Assembly (NCBI GenBank): GCA_947629025.1
Contig: CANRCC010000002.1
Location: forward strand, 5,041-69,040
Source: an uncultured Bacilli bacterium
GTDB taxonomy: Bacteria > Bacillota_I > Bacilli_A > RF39 > UBA660
Reading direction: 5' to 3'
DNA length: 64,000 nucleotides
Shown: piece by piece, positions 40,856 to 50,781 of the stretch
Layout: the number at the start of each line of letters is the position of its first letter
How positions within the stretch are numbered: position 1 is the first letter of the stretch
Notes under the pieces: generated by a model
The model's database searches: none
Told to the model about the DNA's origin: nothing
Seen by the model: the letters and a program-made list of their open reading frames with translations, nothing else
Program-made: the position numbers and the translations under genes

Positions 40856-42160
40856 TTAATCTATATTCAAATTATTTATATATTCGATAAAATATAATGG
40901 TATATTTATAATTTTTCCATCTTTACTTAAATTTTTTAGTGAAAATCTAAATGATATTTCATTATCGTTATTAGAATTATATTTTGTTAAGCTATTATGA
41001 TTTATGTTTTTATCTGATTTTACTTCAACTGGAATAATTTTATTTTTTCTTTGAATAACAAAATCAATCTCATTTCTATCAAATGTATAATAATTTGGAG
41101 ATTCATCTAATAAGTAGTTTAAAACATTTGCTACATAGTTTTCTGTAAATGATCCTTTAAATTCTTCTAATAATTTATTACCTTCTAATATTATACTACT
41201 ATCTAAATTAGACATTCTTCTAAGTAATCCTACATCCATCATATAAATTTTATATGCTGATAAATCTACATATGCTTTTAATGGAAATGAACATTTACTT
41301 ACTAAAAAACATTTTGAAATTAAATTAGCATCTTTTAACCAGTTTAATGCATTTTCATATTCTCTTGCTCTTGCACCTTCTTTAACAACTTGATAAACAA
41401 ATTTTTTATTTTCTCTAGACAATTGAGATGGAATACCATTCCAAATTAGAGAAATTTTGTTTGCTTCACTAGCATCAACATGTTTTGAAAAATCTTCTTC
41501 ATAAGAGTTTAATATATTTTTTTGAATTTTATTAACTTTTTCTATATTCTTATCATTAATCCAACTATATACAGCTTCTGGCATTCCACCAATAATATAG
41601 TATGTTTTTAGTTTTTCAATAAGTTCTGATTCAAACAATTTTGGTATTTCTTTTATTTCTTTTGTTTGTCTCATTACTTCAACTAAATTTTCTTTATTAT
41701 CAGCAATTAAAAATTCACTAAAAGTCATAGGATATAAATTTAAGAAATCCACTTTTCCTACTGGAAATGAGGTTTTAGATAGACGAATTCCTAATAATGA
41801 ACCTGCGCATGCAATATGATAATCATTAGCTTCTTCACAAAAATATTTTAATGAATTTAATGCATCAGAACATTCTTGGATTTCATCAAATATAATTAAT
41901 GTTGATATTGGACTTATTTTTTTACCACTTGCAAGAGATAATTGTTCTATTATTCTTTTTGGATCTTTTGTATTTAAAAATAATTCAGATAATCCTTTAT
42001 CATAGTCAAAGTTAAAATATGCAACATTATCATAATACTTTTCACCAAATTCTTGTAATATATATGTTTTTCCTACCTGTCTTGCACCTTTTAAAATCAA
42101 AGGTTTTCTATCTTTACTATTTTTCCATTCTATAAGTTTTTCAGTTATAAATCTTTTCAT
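40856..42160 (-). CDS. AAA_14 ATPase with DUF4143 domain
   Basis: KPLILKGARQVGKT, IFDEIQ, FPVGKV, GGMPEAV, K.Y..DVGLL, EIDF...IPVEVKS. Confidence 0.9.
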   Translation of the reverse strand: MKRFITEKLIEWKNSKDRKPLILKGARQVGKTYILQEFGEKYYDNVAYFNFDYDKGLSELFLNTKDPKRIIEQLSLASGKKISPISTLIIFDEIQECSDALNSLKYFCEEANDYHIACAGSLLGIRLSKTSFPVGKVDFLNLYPMTFSEFLIADNKENLVEVMRQTKEIKEIPKLFESELIEKLKTYYIIGGMPEAVYSWINDKNIEKVNKIQKNILNSYEEDFSKHVDASEANKISLIWNGIPSQLSRENKKFVYQVVKEGARAREYENALNWLKDANLISKCFLVSKCSFPLKAYVDLSAYKIYMMDVGLLRRMSNLDSSIILEGNKLLEEFKGSFTENYVANVLNYLLDESPNYYTFDRNEIDFVIQRKNKIIPVEVKSDKNINHNSLTKYNSNNDNEISFRFSLKNLSKDGKIINIPLYFIEYINNLNID

Positions 42161-42184
42161 CTTTATCACCTCTAATGACATTAT

Positions 42185-42262
42185 ATCACATTTTTGTATG
42201 GAATATTCACATTTTAATCACACTTTTGCGCATTTTTTTGTATTTTTAATCACACTTTTGCA
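42185..42262. repeat. three direct repeats ATCACAYTTTTGY at exact 32-bp period
   Basis: Copies begin at 42185, 42217 and 42249, upstream of the AAA_14/DUF4143 gene. Confidence 0.75.
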
Positions 42263-42271
42263 TAAATAATA

Positions 42272-43366
42272 CTATTTATACTCATACCATAAGCCACTTG
42301 ATTTTAATTCATTTATTATTTTATTATGTTCTGAATCTGTTTTTGTAAAATATACTTTCATATTTTTATCTGCTACAAAATATAAATAATCATTACTCGT
42401 ATAATTAATTACTGCCTCTATTGCTTCACTACTTGGATTACAAATAGGTCCTATTGGTAATTTACCAATATTATTTTGTGATCTTGTATTATATGGATTA
42501 TCACTATTTATTTCTGATTTATATAAATCTCTTTCTCCAAGTTCTATTTTAGCTGCATAATATGTAGTTACATCACTTCCAAGACTCATACCATTATTTA
42601 ATCTATTTATAAATACTCCAGCAATATTCTTTCTATCATCAAGAGTTACTCCCTCTCCTTCTACCATTGATGCAAGTGTTATTATTTGATGAATAGTAAA
42701 TGTAGTATTTTGAATTTGATCTTTAAATTTACTAAGTACTATATCTGTTTGATCAAGTAGTTTTTCAAATATATCTTTTACATTAGCATCTGCTTTAAAT
42801 TCATAAGTATTAGGTGATAAATATCCCTCAAGTGGATAATATATATTTTCATTTAATATAGTTTCATCTAAAAACCAATATTTATTTATTAATGATTGTA
42901 TATATTCTTTATCACTTAATGTATTAAATACATCATCATAGGTATTTAGTGTATTTTTTTCTATTATTTTTGCCATACCTCTCATTGTTTTTCCCTCATT
43001 AAAGGTTATAGTAATAGTTTCTTCTTTAATATTTGAACCATCTTTTAAAATAGATAATATTTGTTTTAAACTCATATTTTTATTTAATGAATAATTACCT
43101 GCTTTTAATCCATTTATATTATTTATTTTAATATAAGCAAGCATAAATAATCTATTTCTTATAAGTTTTTTTTCTTTTAGTATATCTGATACATCTCTAA
43201 TTGTACTTCCCTCTTTTATTTTTAAAATTACTTTACTATCTTTATTTGAAATAGGCATAGTATTAACAAAACAAAATACAATTCCTATAATCATAATAAT
43301 TGATATGAATATTGGAACTATATATATTAATTTTTTCTTTTTATTCTTTTTTTTATTTTTTTTCAT
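42272..43366 (-). CDS. mltG: endolytic transglycosylase MltG
   Basis: N-terminal TM, LKAG.Y, LEGYL.PNTY, LASMVE.E, F.NRL..GM.LGSD.T, NPYNT, LPIGPICNPS. Confidence 0.95.
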   Translation of the reverse strand: MKKNKKKNKKKKLIYIVPIFISIIMIIGIVFCFVNTMPISNKDSKVILKIKEGSTIRDVSDILKEKKLIRNRLFMLAYIKINNINGLKAGNYSLNKNMSLKQILSILKDGSNIKEETITITFNEGKTMRGMAKIIEKNTLNTYDDVFNTLSDKEYIQSLINKYWFLDETILNENIYYPLEGYLSPNTYEFKADANVKDIFEKLLDQTDIVLSKFKDQIQNTTFTIHQIITLASMVEGEGVTLDDRKNIAGVFINRLNNGMSLGSDVTTYYAAKIELGERDLYKSEINSDNPYNTRSQNNIGKLPIGPICNPSSEAIEAVINYTSNDYLYFVADKNMKVYFTKTDSEHNKIINELKSSGLWYEYK

Positions 43367-43375
43367 ATTTATCTC

Positions 43376-45127
43376 CTATTCTAATATTGCCTTTATTCTT
43401 CTTACTCCTGATGATGATGCTTCTTCTTTTATTATTTTAAATGTACCAAGTTCACTAGTATTTTTAACATGTGGTCCACCACATAATTCTTTAGATACAT
43501 CTCCTATACTATAAACTGTAACTATATCTGGATATTTTTCTATAAACATACATTCAGCACCTGATTTAATTGCATCTTCTTTTTTCATTTCTGTTTTTGT
43601 TACATCTAATTTTTCTTTAATCCATTTATTTACTAAATCTTCTGTTTTCTTTTTTTCTTCTTCTGTTAATTTATGATCACAAGAAAAATCAAATCTCATT
43701 CTTTCACTTGTTATATTTGAACCTTTTTGATGAACATCTTTATTAATAACTTGTTTTAATGCTGCATTTAATAAATGTGTTGCTGTATGATATTTTACTT
43801 CCATTTCTCCAGTTGCTGCTAATCCTCCTTTAAATTTACCAGATGAAGCACTTCTAGATAATTCTTGATGTGCCTTAAATTTTTCATAAAAACCATTTAT
43901 ATCTACACTAAATCCTTGTTCTTTTGCTAATTCTTCTGTTAATTCTATTGGAAATCCATAAGTATCGTAAAGTTTAAATGCTAAATCTTTATTTATTTTA
44001 TTATCAGTAATATTTTTTGTAATCTTTTCAAATTTTCTTAATCCTTTTTCTAGTGTTTTATTAAATTTTATTTTTTCATTTTTTAATACTTCATAAACTA
44101 CATTTTCATTTTCACTTAATTCACTATAATATTTTTTATACTGATTTATTACTACTCTAGCTATTTTTTCTTCAAAATTACTATTTATATCTATATCTAA
44201 TTTTCTAGCATGTCTAATTGCTCTTCTTATTAATCTTCTAAGTATATATCCTTGATCAGTATTAGATGGTTTTATTAATGATTTATCAGCTGCTATAAAT
44301 ACTGCAGTTCTTATATGGTCTGCAATTATCCTCATACTTCTTTCATTACCATCATATTTTTTATTTGATACATCTTCTATTGTACTAATTATGTCTTTAA
44401 ATAAACTAGACTGATAATTATCATCTTTATTTTCAAGTAGTGCTACTACTCTTTCAACTCCCATTCCTGTATCTACATTTTTAACAGGTAATTTTGTATA
44501 AGTACCATCTTCATTTTTATAATATTCCATAAATACATTATTCCATATTTCTACCCATCTATCATCATCTTTATCATATACTTTTGGAATTTCATCATTG
44601 CTTCTAAAGTAAAATATTTCTGTATCACATCCGCAAGGACCACTTTCTCCTGCTATCCAAAAATTATCATCTTTTCCTAGATATGCAATTTTTTCTTTTT
44701 TTATTCCAAGACTTTCCCATATACCTGCACTTATTTCATCTTTAGGTATATTCTCATCTCCCTTAAATACTGTTACTGCTAATTTTTCTACTGGAATATT
44801 TAAAACTTTAGTTAAAAATTCAAAACTATAGTTTATACTTTCTTCTTTAAAATAATCTCCTAAAGACCAATTTCCAAGCATTTCAAAAAATGTATGATGT
44901 GTTTTATCTCCAACCTCATCTAAATCATTAGTTCTAATACATTTTTGATAATCACATAATCTTTTTCCATAAGGATGTTTTTCTCCCATTAAATATGGAA
45001 TAAGAGGTTGCATACCTGCAGTATTAAATAGTACTGATGGATCATTTTCTGGTACTACAGGAGCACTAGGTATTTGTTTATGTCCTTTACTTACAAAATA
45101 ATTTATATATAAATCTTTTAAATTCAT
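43376..45127 (-). CDS. alaS: alanine--tRNA ligase (short form without C-Ala domain)
   Basis: DPSVLFNTAGMQP, HHTFFEMLGNWS.GDYFK, EIWNNVF, DTGMG.ER, HTATHLL, ELCGGPH, GVRRI.A. Confidence 0.96.
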   Translation of the reverse strand: MNLKDLYINYFVSKGHKQIPSAPVVPENDPSVLFNTAGMQPLIPYLMGEKHPYGKRLCDYQKCIRTNDLDEVGDKTHHTFFEMLGNWSLGDYFKEESINYSFEFLTKVLNIPVEKLAVTVFKGDENIPKDEISAGIWESLGIKKEKIAYLGKDDNFWIAGESGPCGCDTEIFYFRSNDEIPKVYDKDDDRWVEIWNNVFMEYYKNEDGTYTKLPVKNVDTGMGVERVVALLENKDDNYQSSLFKDIISTIEDVSNKKYDGNERSMRIIADHIRTAVFIAADKSLIKPSNTDQGYILRRLIRRAIRHARKLDIDINSNFEEKIARVVINQYKKYYSELSENENVVYEVLKNEKIKFNKTLEKGLRKFEKITKNITDNKINKDLAFKLYDTYGFPIELTEELAKEQGFSVDINGFYEKFKAHQELSRSASSGKFKGGLAATGEMEVKYHTATHLLNAALKQVINKDVHQKGSNITSERMRFDFSCDHKLTEEEKKKTEDLVNKWIKEKLDVTKTEMKKEDAIKSGAECMFIEKYPDIVTVYSIGDVSKELCGGPHVKNTSELGTFKIIKEEASSSGVRRIKAILE

Positions 45128-45131
45128 AATT

Positions 45132-45785
45132 TTAATTCCTTTCTATAATATCTTTTATTTTATTAACAACATCATCTATATGCATATTAGTAGTATCTAT
45201 ATATATTTGATCATCAGTTCTTATTAGTGCCCCTACTTTTTTATGCATATCATTATAATCTCTTTTTTTTATGTTTTCATAAACCTCTTCATATGTCATA
45301 TCAATATTTTTTTCTTTATTTTGCTTAATTCTTCTTTTTACTCTTTCATCTAATGATGCATCTAGATAAAACTTATAAGTTGCATTTTTAAATACTACTG
45401 TTGTTATATCTCTACCTTCCATTACTACATCATGATTTTCTGCCATTTTTCTTTGAATATTTACCATATTTTCTCTAACTTTTTCAATACTAGATACTTC
45501 AGATACTATATTACTTACTTCTTTTCCTCTAATTATATTAGTTACATCTTCATTATCTAAATATACTTTACCATCTGTAGATAATTTAATATCTATATTT
45601 TTAGATAATTCTATTATTTTTTCTTCATCATCTAGTGGAATATTGTTTTTTAATACACTAAGTGCAACACATCTATAAGTTGCTCCTGTATCAATATTTA
45701 CTAAATTAAATATTTTTGCTAGCTTTTCAGCTACTGTACCTTTACCACTTCCACAAGGTCCATCAATTGCGATTATCTTATTCAT
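45132..45785 (-). CDS. cmk: cytidylate kinase
   Basis: IAIDGPCGSGKGT, IDTGATYR, VMEGRDI.TVVF. Start at ATG 45785 after GGAGG. Confidence 0.95.
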   Translation of the reverse strand: MNKIIAIDGPCGSGKGTVAEKLAKIFNLVNIDTGATYRCVALSVLKNNIPLDDEEKIIELSKNIDIKLSTDGKVYLDNEDVTNIIRGKEVSNIVSEVSSIEKVRENMVNIQRKMAENHDVVMEGRDITTVVFKNATYKFYLDASLDERVKRRIKQNKEKNIDMTYEEVYENIKKRDYNDMHKKVGALIRTDDQIYIDTTNMHIDDVVNKIKDIIERN

Positions 45786-45799
45786 AATATTATCCTCCA

Positions 45800-46005
45800 A
45801 AATAACAAAAGGATAGTACGTTAAGGAGCCTATAACAAGGCGGTACCATCCTTTTATTTACTTAATTTGATAACGGTTTTTATATTCCGGCTTATTATAA
45901 GCAACTTCAGGCACTAGCATTTTCATTAAAATTTATTATCAGTTTTCACCAAATACTGACTCTCTACTAATAAATAATTAATTACTTTTTGCCATCATTA
46001 GTCTT
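45800..46005 (-). promoter_or_regulatory. T-box riboswitch, probably tRNA-Ala
   Basis: Minus strand shows AGTA, AGAGA and GGTGAAA stem-I motifs; candidate specifier GAAAAT-GCT-AG; T-box AAAAGGATGGTACCGC; alternative hairpin with GTACTATCCTTTT. Confidence 0.85.
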
Positions 46006-46053
46006 TAATATATAATTTGATAATTTTAAATAATTATCAAAAATATCAAGTTT

Positions 46054-46082
46054 ATTATATCAAAACTCATATTAAATATCAA
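46054..46082 (-). promoter_or_regulatory. sigma-A promoter for T-box-cmk-alaS
   Basis: TTGATA-N17-TATAAT with extended TG. Confidence 0.7.
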
Positions 46083-46098
46083 TTGAAATTAATATTAT

Positions 46099-46959
46099 TT
46101 ACATTAATTTTAATGATTCAATTTCCTTTATTGATAAGCCAGTATATTCACTAATTAAATTTATATTAAGACCCTTTTTAAGCATATTTTGTACTATTTG
46201 TAATCTTTCTTTTTCAGTACCCTCTTTAATTCCTTCATTGATGCCTTCTTTTATTCCTTTTTCAATTCCATCTTCTTCTGCTTTCTTTAATCTTGAGTTT
46301 AATATCTTTCTTTGGTCTTCTTCATAGCTCATATATTCTCTAAATTCTGGATCTTCATTTAATCTATCTAACTCTTTCATATATTTTTCGACCGCCTTAT
46401 CTTTCTTTGATAGAATTTGTAAGTCTTCTTTCTCTAAGTTTAACATCACTAATGCTTTGTTTCTTCTTATTAATTCTTCTTTTTTATTATCCCATATTTT
46501 CTTATAAAAATCCATATTATATTCATATATTTTTAAATTTTCTATAAATTTCTTTCCTTCTTCATCTTGTACATAATATACTCTATATGCTTTATTATCT
46601 TTTATTCCATATGATAAGTTTATTTGTATATGCATTATATCTTCTGTATATATTTCTCCTACTAATGTATTATGTGAATATATATCTGATATATATGCCA
46701 TATTCCTTGGATGTACATAATATTCATTACTTGTATTTACTTCTATTTGTACTTTTCCTATATCTGTTTCTAATAAGGCATCTACTGTCTTTCCTTTTAC
46801 ATTTATATTTCCTACATTTCTTTCTTGTCTTTTTATTTGTATATTATTTATCTTTATTTCTAATATACTTTCTAATAAGAATTTTAATATATCTTTATTT
46901 TTTTCATTAAGCATTATTTCTTTAAATGCTCTATCATATTTGCCGGTATAATATTTCAT
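46099..46959 (-). CDS. Rpn family recombination-promoting nuclease / putative transposase
   Basis: YDRAFKEIM, KTVDALL...QIEVN, RN.AY, EGI.EG repeats, ISEYTGLS..EI. Confidence 0.88.
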   Translation of the reverse strand: MKYYTGKYDRAFKEIMLNEKNKDILKFLLESILEIKINNIQIKRQERNVGNINVKGKTVDALLETDIGKVQIEVNTSNEYYVHPRNMAYISDIYSHNTLVGEIYTEDIMHIQINLSYGIKDNKAYRVYYVQDEEGKKFIENLKIYEYNMDFYKKIWDNKKEELIRRNKALVMLNLEKEDLQILSKKDKAVEKYMKELDRLNEDPEFREYMSYEEDQRKILNSRLKKAEEDGIEKGIKEGINEGIKEGTEKERLQIVQNMLKKGLNINLISEYTGLSIKEIESLKLM

Positions 46960-47019
46960 AACTTATACCTCCTTTCACTAATTATTTTCTCTTTTTATTT
47001 TCTAAATCCCCTAAAAATA

Positions 47020-47042
47020 AAAAAAACAACTTTTTAGTTGTT
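47020..47042 (-). terminator. intrinsic terminator
   Basis: AACAACT-tttt-AGTTGTT plus U-run on the minus strand. Confidence 0.55.
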
Positions 47043-47790
47043 ATTCAAGATTACTTCTAAACTCTTTTAAAGAGGTTAAAAATTCTAAATTTTTTGTTTC
47101 TTCTATCTCATCATTTTTCTTATCAAACTTAAATTCTTCTAAATCTATAAAAGACTCTAATACTTCATCTTTCTCTTCTTTTTCTTTTTGAATACCAAAT
47201 ATTGGTGAAATAACTTTTGATGCTTTAAACTTTTTTGGTTCTTCTTCAATTTTTTCTATTTGCTCTATTTGTTCTTCTTTTTCTGGTTCTAATTCATTTA
47301 ATACTTCTACTTCTTCACATTTATAAACAATTTTTTGACTTCCTGCTCTTTTAACAAGTTCATCATAGCTAATAATTGCATTTTCTTCTTGATCTTCTTC
47401 AAATTCAGTTAAATTTATTGGTTCTTTTTCTAAAGTATCTTCTATTAATTTTGTTATATCATCAATTGAAGTTTTTTTAGGAACAACTTTTACAACTTCT
47501 TCTACTTCTTGTTTTTTTACTTCCTTTATTGGGACTTCTTTATTTTCTTTCTTTAGATTTACTAATGGTTTTATATCTTTATTAGCAGTATCTATTTTTT
47601 GACTTATAGTAGATATTTTCTTTTTTACACTTATTCCTTTAAGTATTTTATCATTTTTCTTTTTTGTAATATAATTAATAACCAAAATACTAATAAGCAT
47701 AAGTGATACTAATATAATTAAAAATAATAACACTTGACTACTACTATCCATATTTGAAAACATATATAAAATTGAATTAAAATTTATCAT
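47041..47790 (-). CDS. hypothetical single-pass membrane protein, acidic cytoplasmic tail
   Basis: TM near N-terminus; LTEFEEDQEENAIISYDEL, F..S.VISPIFG, EFL.SLKEFR.NLE. Confidence 0.75.
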   Translation of the reverse strand: MINFNSILYMFSNMDSSSQVLLFLIILVSLMLISILVINYITKKKNDKILKGISVKKKISTISQKIDTANKDIKPLVNLKKENKEVPIKEVKKQEVEEVVKVVPKKTSIDDITKLIEDTLEKEPINLTEFEEDQEENAIISYDELVKRAGSQKIVYKCEEVEVLNELEPEKEEQIEQIEKIEEEPKKFKASKVISPIFGIQKEKEEKDEVLESFIDLEEFKFDKKNDEIEETKNLEFLTSLKEFRSNLE

Positions 47791-47794
47791 TACT

Positions 47795-48502
47795 TCACCT
47801 CATTAACTCATACTTTAAAATGCTCATTGCAAATATGGGAGCAGTTTCTGTTCTTAATATTGTATTACCAAATGATGTACCTATAAACCCACTTTCAATA
47901 AACAATTTTTCTTCTTCACTATCAAATCCACCCTCGGGACCGACGACTATAATAATTCTATCACAAATATTAGCATTTTGTAATACATTTTTTATAGATT
48001 TTTGATTTTCTTTTGTACTTGCTAAAATTTTTAAATCATAATCCAATTTACATATGTCATTTATATTCATAACATTACTAACATTTGGGCATATATTTCT
48101 ATATGATTGCTCTGCTGCTTCCTTTGTTATCATATTCCATCTATCTATTTTTTTCTTTTCTTTTTTATCTATTTTTACTTTACATCTATTTGCACAATAT
48201 GGAATAAAATTATATGCTCCAAGCTCTGTACATTTTTGAAGGATGAAATCTGTTTTTGTTTCATTTACTAATGAGAATACTATAGTTATCTTCTTATCTA
48301 ATTCATTATTTATATCTAACTTTTTTTCCTTTTTAATTAATACATCGTTATTTTTTATACTTTGTATTTTACATAAATATACATTTTTATCATAAACTAC
48401 TTCTATTAAATCATTTTCTTTCATTCTCATAACCTTTGATATATGAAACTTATCTTGACTAGTTAAATTTAATTTTTCATCTACAGCAAAATATCTTTGC
48501 AT
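47795..48502 (-). CDS. rsmE: 16S rRNA m3U1498 methyltransferase RsmE
   Basis: MQRYF, HI..VMRM, QKCTELG, EAAEQS.R, VGPEGGF, ILRTETAP. Confidence 0.96.
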   Translation of the reverse strand: MQRYFAVDEKLNLTSQDKFHISKVMRMKENDLIEVVYDKNVYLCKIQSIKNNDVLIKKEKKLDINNELDKKITIVFSLVNETKTDFILQKCTELGAYNFIPYCANRCKVKIDKKEKKKIDRWNMITKEAAEQSYRNICPNVSNVMNINDICKLDYDLKILASTKENQKSIKNVLQNANICDRIIIVVGPEGGFDSEEEKLFIESGFIGTSFGNTILRTETAPIFAMSILKYELMR

Positions 48503-48638
48503 TTTAATCACCAAGTATATTATAAAATATTAATATTCCTATTACAACAAATTTCTACTAAATAAATAAATTTTAACAATACATTACTAGTAAAATTGTT
48601 TATTTTTTGGTATACTAACTATAGTAAGGAGAATTATT

Positions 48639-49616
48639 ATGGATATGGATAATGATATAATTAAATATACACCAAATGAAGATAGTAATAATAATGCTTT
48701 AGATAATAAATTTAGTGTTCTTAAAAACTATGCAGAAGATTTAACAAATAAGACTTATATAACAAATCCTGCGATAGAAAGAGATGAAGAAATAAAAAAT
48801 TTAATACTTATACTACTTAGCCCAGAAAAGTCTGCAGTACTTACTGGTAAAGCTGGTATTGGTAAAACATCTATTGTTGAAGGACTTAGTTATAGAATTC
48901 AAAGAAAAGAAGTACCAAACGCTTTACTTGATAGTAAAATATATAAAATTGCTACTTCATCTTTACTTGGTAGTTATGAAAGTAATGGAAATGAAGAATC
49001 AAAACTTCAACTTCTTATTAATGAAGTTTTAGGTAAAAAAAATATTATCTTATTTATAGATGAAATACATACATTAGTAACTGCATCAAGAACTGGAGAT
49101 ATTGACTTTTTAAATATGCTTAAACCTGGACTTGATCGTGGTGATATTAAGATTATTGGTGCGACTACAACTGCTGAATACGAACAGTATTTACTTAAAG
49201 ATAAAGCTTTCTTAAGACGTTTTGAAAAAATTGAAGTTGAAGAACCAGATCAAGAAACAACAGTTAAAATACTAATGGGAACTGTTAAAAAAATAGAAGC
49301 TGCTACTAATGTTAAGTGGCCTTATACAAATTGGGTTCTTGAACTTGTTTGCAAATTCATTGTTAATATGACTAGTGAATATAAAAGAATATATGAAACT
49401 GGTTCTAGATATCCTGATGTATCACTTGCACTTTTATCAAAATGTTTTACATATGCAAGATTTGAAAACTCAGAATATGTTACATTTAAACATATATATC
49501 AAGCAATAATCAATTGTAATAGCGTTTATGATGATGTTATAATAAAAGAACTTGCAGTATTTAAAGAAACATTTAATGAATTTCTTGTAAAAGAAAATGT
49601 AGAGATGTCTATCTAA
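48639..49616 (+). CDS. ClpA/ClpB NBD1-like single-domain AAA+ ATPase
   Basis: P.I.RDEEI, LTGKAGIGKTSIVEGL, ILFIDEIHTLV, N.LKP.L.RG, IGATT..EY, D.AF.RRF, RYPD. Confidence 0.88.
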   Translation: MDMDNDIIKYTPNEDSNNNALDNKFSVLKNYAEDLTNKTYITNPAIERDEEIKNLILILLSPEKSAVLTGKAGIGKTSIVEGLSYRIQRKEVPNALLDSKIYKIATSSLLGSYESNGNEESKLQLLINEVLGKKNIILFIDEIHTLVTASRTGDIDFLNMLKPGLDRGDIKIIGATTTAEYEQYLLKDKAFLRRFEKIEVEEPDQETTVKILMGTVKKIEAATNVKWPYTNWVLELVCKFIVNMTSEYKRIYETGSRYPDVSLALLSKCFTYARFENSEYVTFKHIYQAIINCNSVYDDVIIKELAVFKETFNEFLVKENVEMSI

Positions 49617-49631
49617 TATCTCTACATTTTT
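49594..49631. terminator. bidirectional terminator between ATPase and dnaJ
   Basis: AAAATGTAGAGAT...ATCTCTACATTTT. Confidence 0.7.
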
Positions 49632-50766
49632 ATTTTCTAAAAAATTTTTTAAATCTATTTATAAAGTCATCGTTATCATCTAAATTAGTTTTTCCTAATT
49701 CTTTAAATAATTCTTTTTGCTTTTTATCTAGTTTGGTTGGAATAACTACATTAATTACTATATATAAATCTCCTACTTTACTTGAGTTAAGATATGGCAC
49801 ACCTTTTCCTTTAATTTTATGTTTTTCTCCATTTTGGGTTCCTTCTGGTATATTTAATATAATACTTTCTTTCATAAGAGGTACTTCTTTTTTACATCCA
49901 AGTGTAGCTTCTATTATATTAATTGGAATGGTCATATAAATATCATTACCTTCTCTTTTAAATATTTCATGTTCACGTACATTAAACTCTACATATAAAT
50001 CTCCACTAGGTCCGCCATTTATTCCAGCTTCACCTTTTTCTTTTAATCTTATTTGGTTACCTGTATCTACACCTGCTGGAATTGTAACTGATAGAGTTTT
50101 TCTTTTTCTTACTCTACCTGTTCCTTTACAATTACTACATACTTCTTTATATGTCACTCCACTTCCATTACATTCTGGACAAGTTGTTTTTGACATAAAT
50201 GATCCAAACATAGTTCTTGATTCTTCAGTTACTGTACCACTTCCATGGCATCTTTGACAAGTTGCCTGTTTATGTCCACCTTTTCCTTTACATTCACTAC
50301 ATGTTTCATATACATCAATAGTTAAATCTTTTGTGCATCCATATACTGCTTCCATAAAAGACAAATCCATTTTATATAAAACATCATTTCCTTTTCTTGC
50401 TCTATTACCTCTTGATGATGAAGATGAAAATCCAAATCCACTTCCAAAAACACCAGATAATATATCAGATAAATCTATATCGTCAAAACCAAATGAAGAT
50501 GAGAATCCTCCAAATCCACCATATCCTTGACCACCAGCATTATTTTCAAATGCAGCATGACCAAATTGATCATATGTTTTTCTCTTATTTGGATCAGATA
50601 ATACTTCATATGCTTCTTGTACTTCTTTAAATTTTTCTGGTGCATCTTTGTCTTTATTTATATCTGGATGATACATTTTAGCTAATTTTCTAAAAGCACT
50701 TTTAATTTCTTTTTCATCGGCAGTTTTAGAAACACCTAAAACCTCATAATAATCTCTTTTTGCCAT
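49630..50766 (-). CDS. dnaJ: chaperone DnaJ
   Basis: J domain HPD, G/F region, four CxxCxGxG repeats. Confidence 0.98.
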   Translation of the reverse strand: MAKRDYYEVLGVSKTADEKEIKSAFRKLAKMYHPDINKDKDAPEKFKEVQEAYEVLSDPNKRKTYDQFGHAAFENNAGGQGYGGFGGFSSSFGFDDIDLSDILSGVFGSGFGFSSSSSRGNRARKGNDVLYKMDLSFMEAVYGCTKDLTIDVYETCSECKGKGGHKQATCQRCHGSGTVTEESRTMFGSFMSKTTCPECNGSGVTYKEVCSNCKGTGRVRKRKTLSVTIPAGVDTGNQIRLKEKGEAGINGGPSGDLYVEFNVREHEIFKREGNDIYMTIPINIIEATLGCKKEVPLMKESIILNIPEGTQNGEKHKIKGKGVPYLNSSKVGDLYIVINVVIPTKLDKKQKELFKELGKTNLDDNDDFINRFKKFFRK

Positions 50767-50781
50767 ATACTTCACCTTCCA

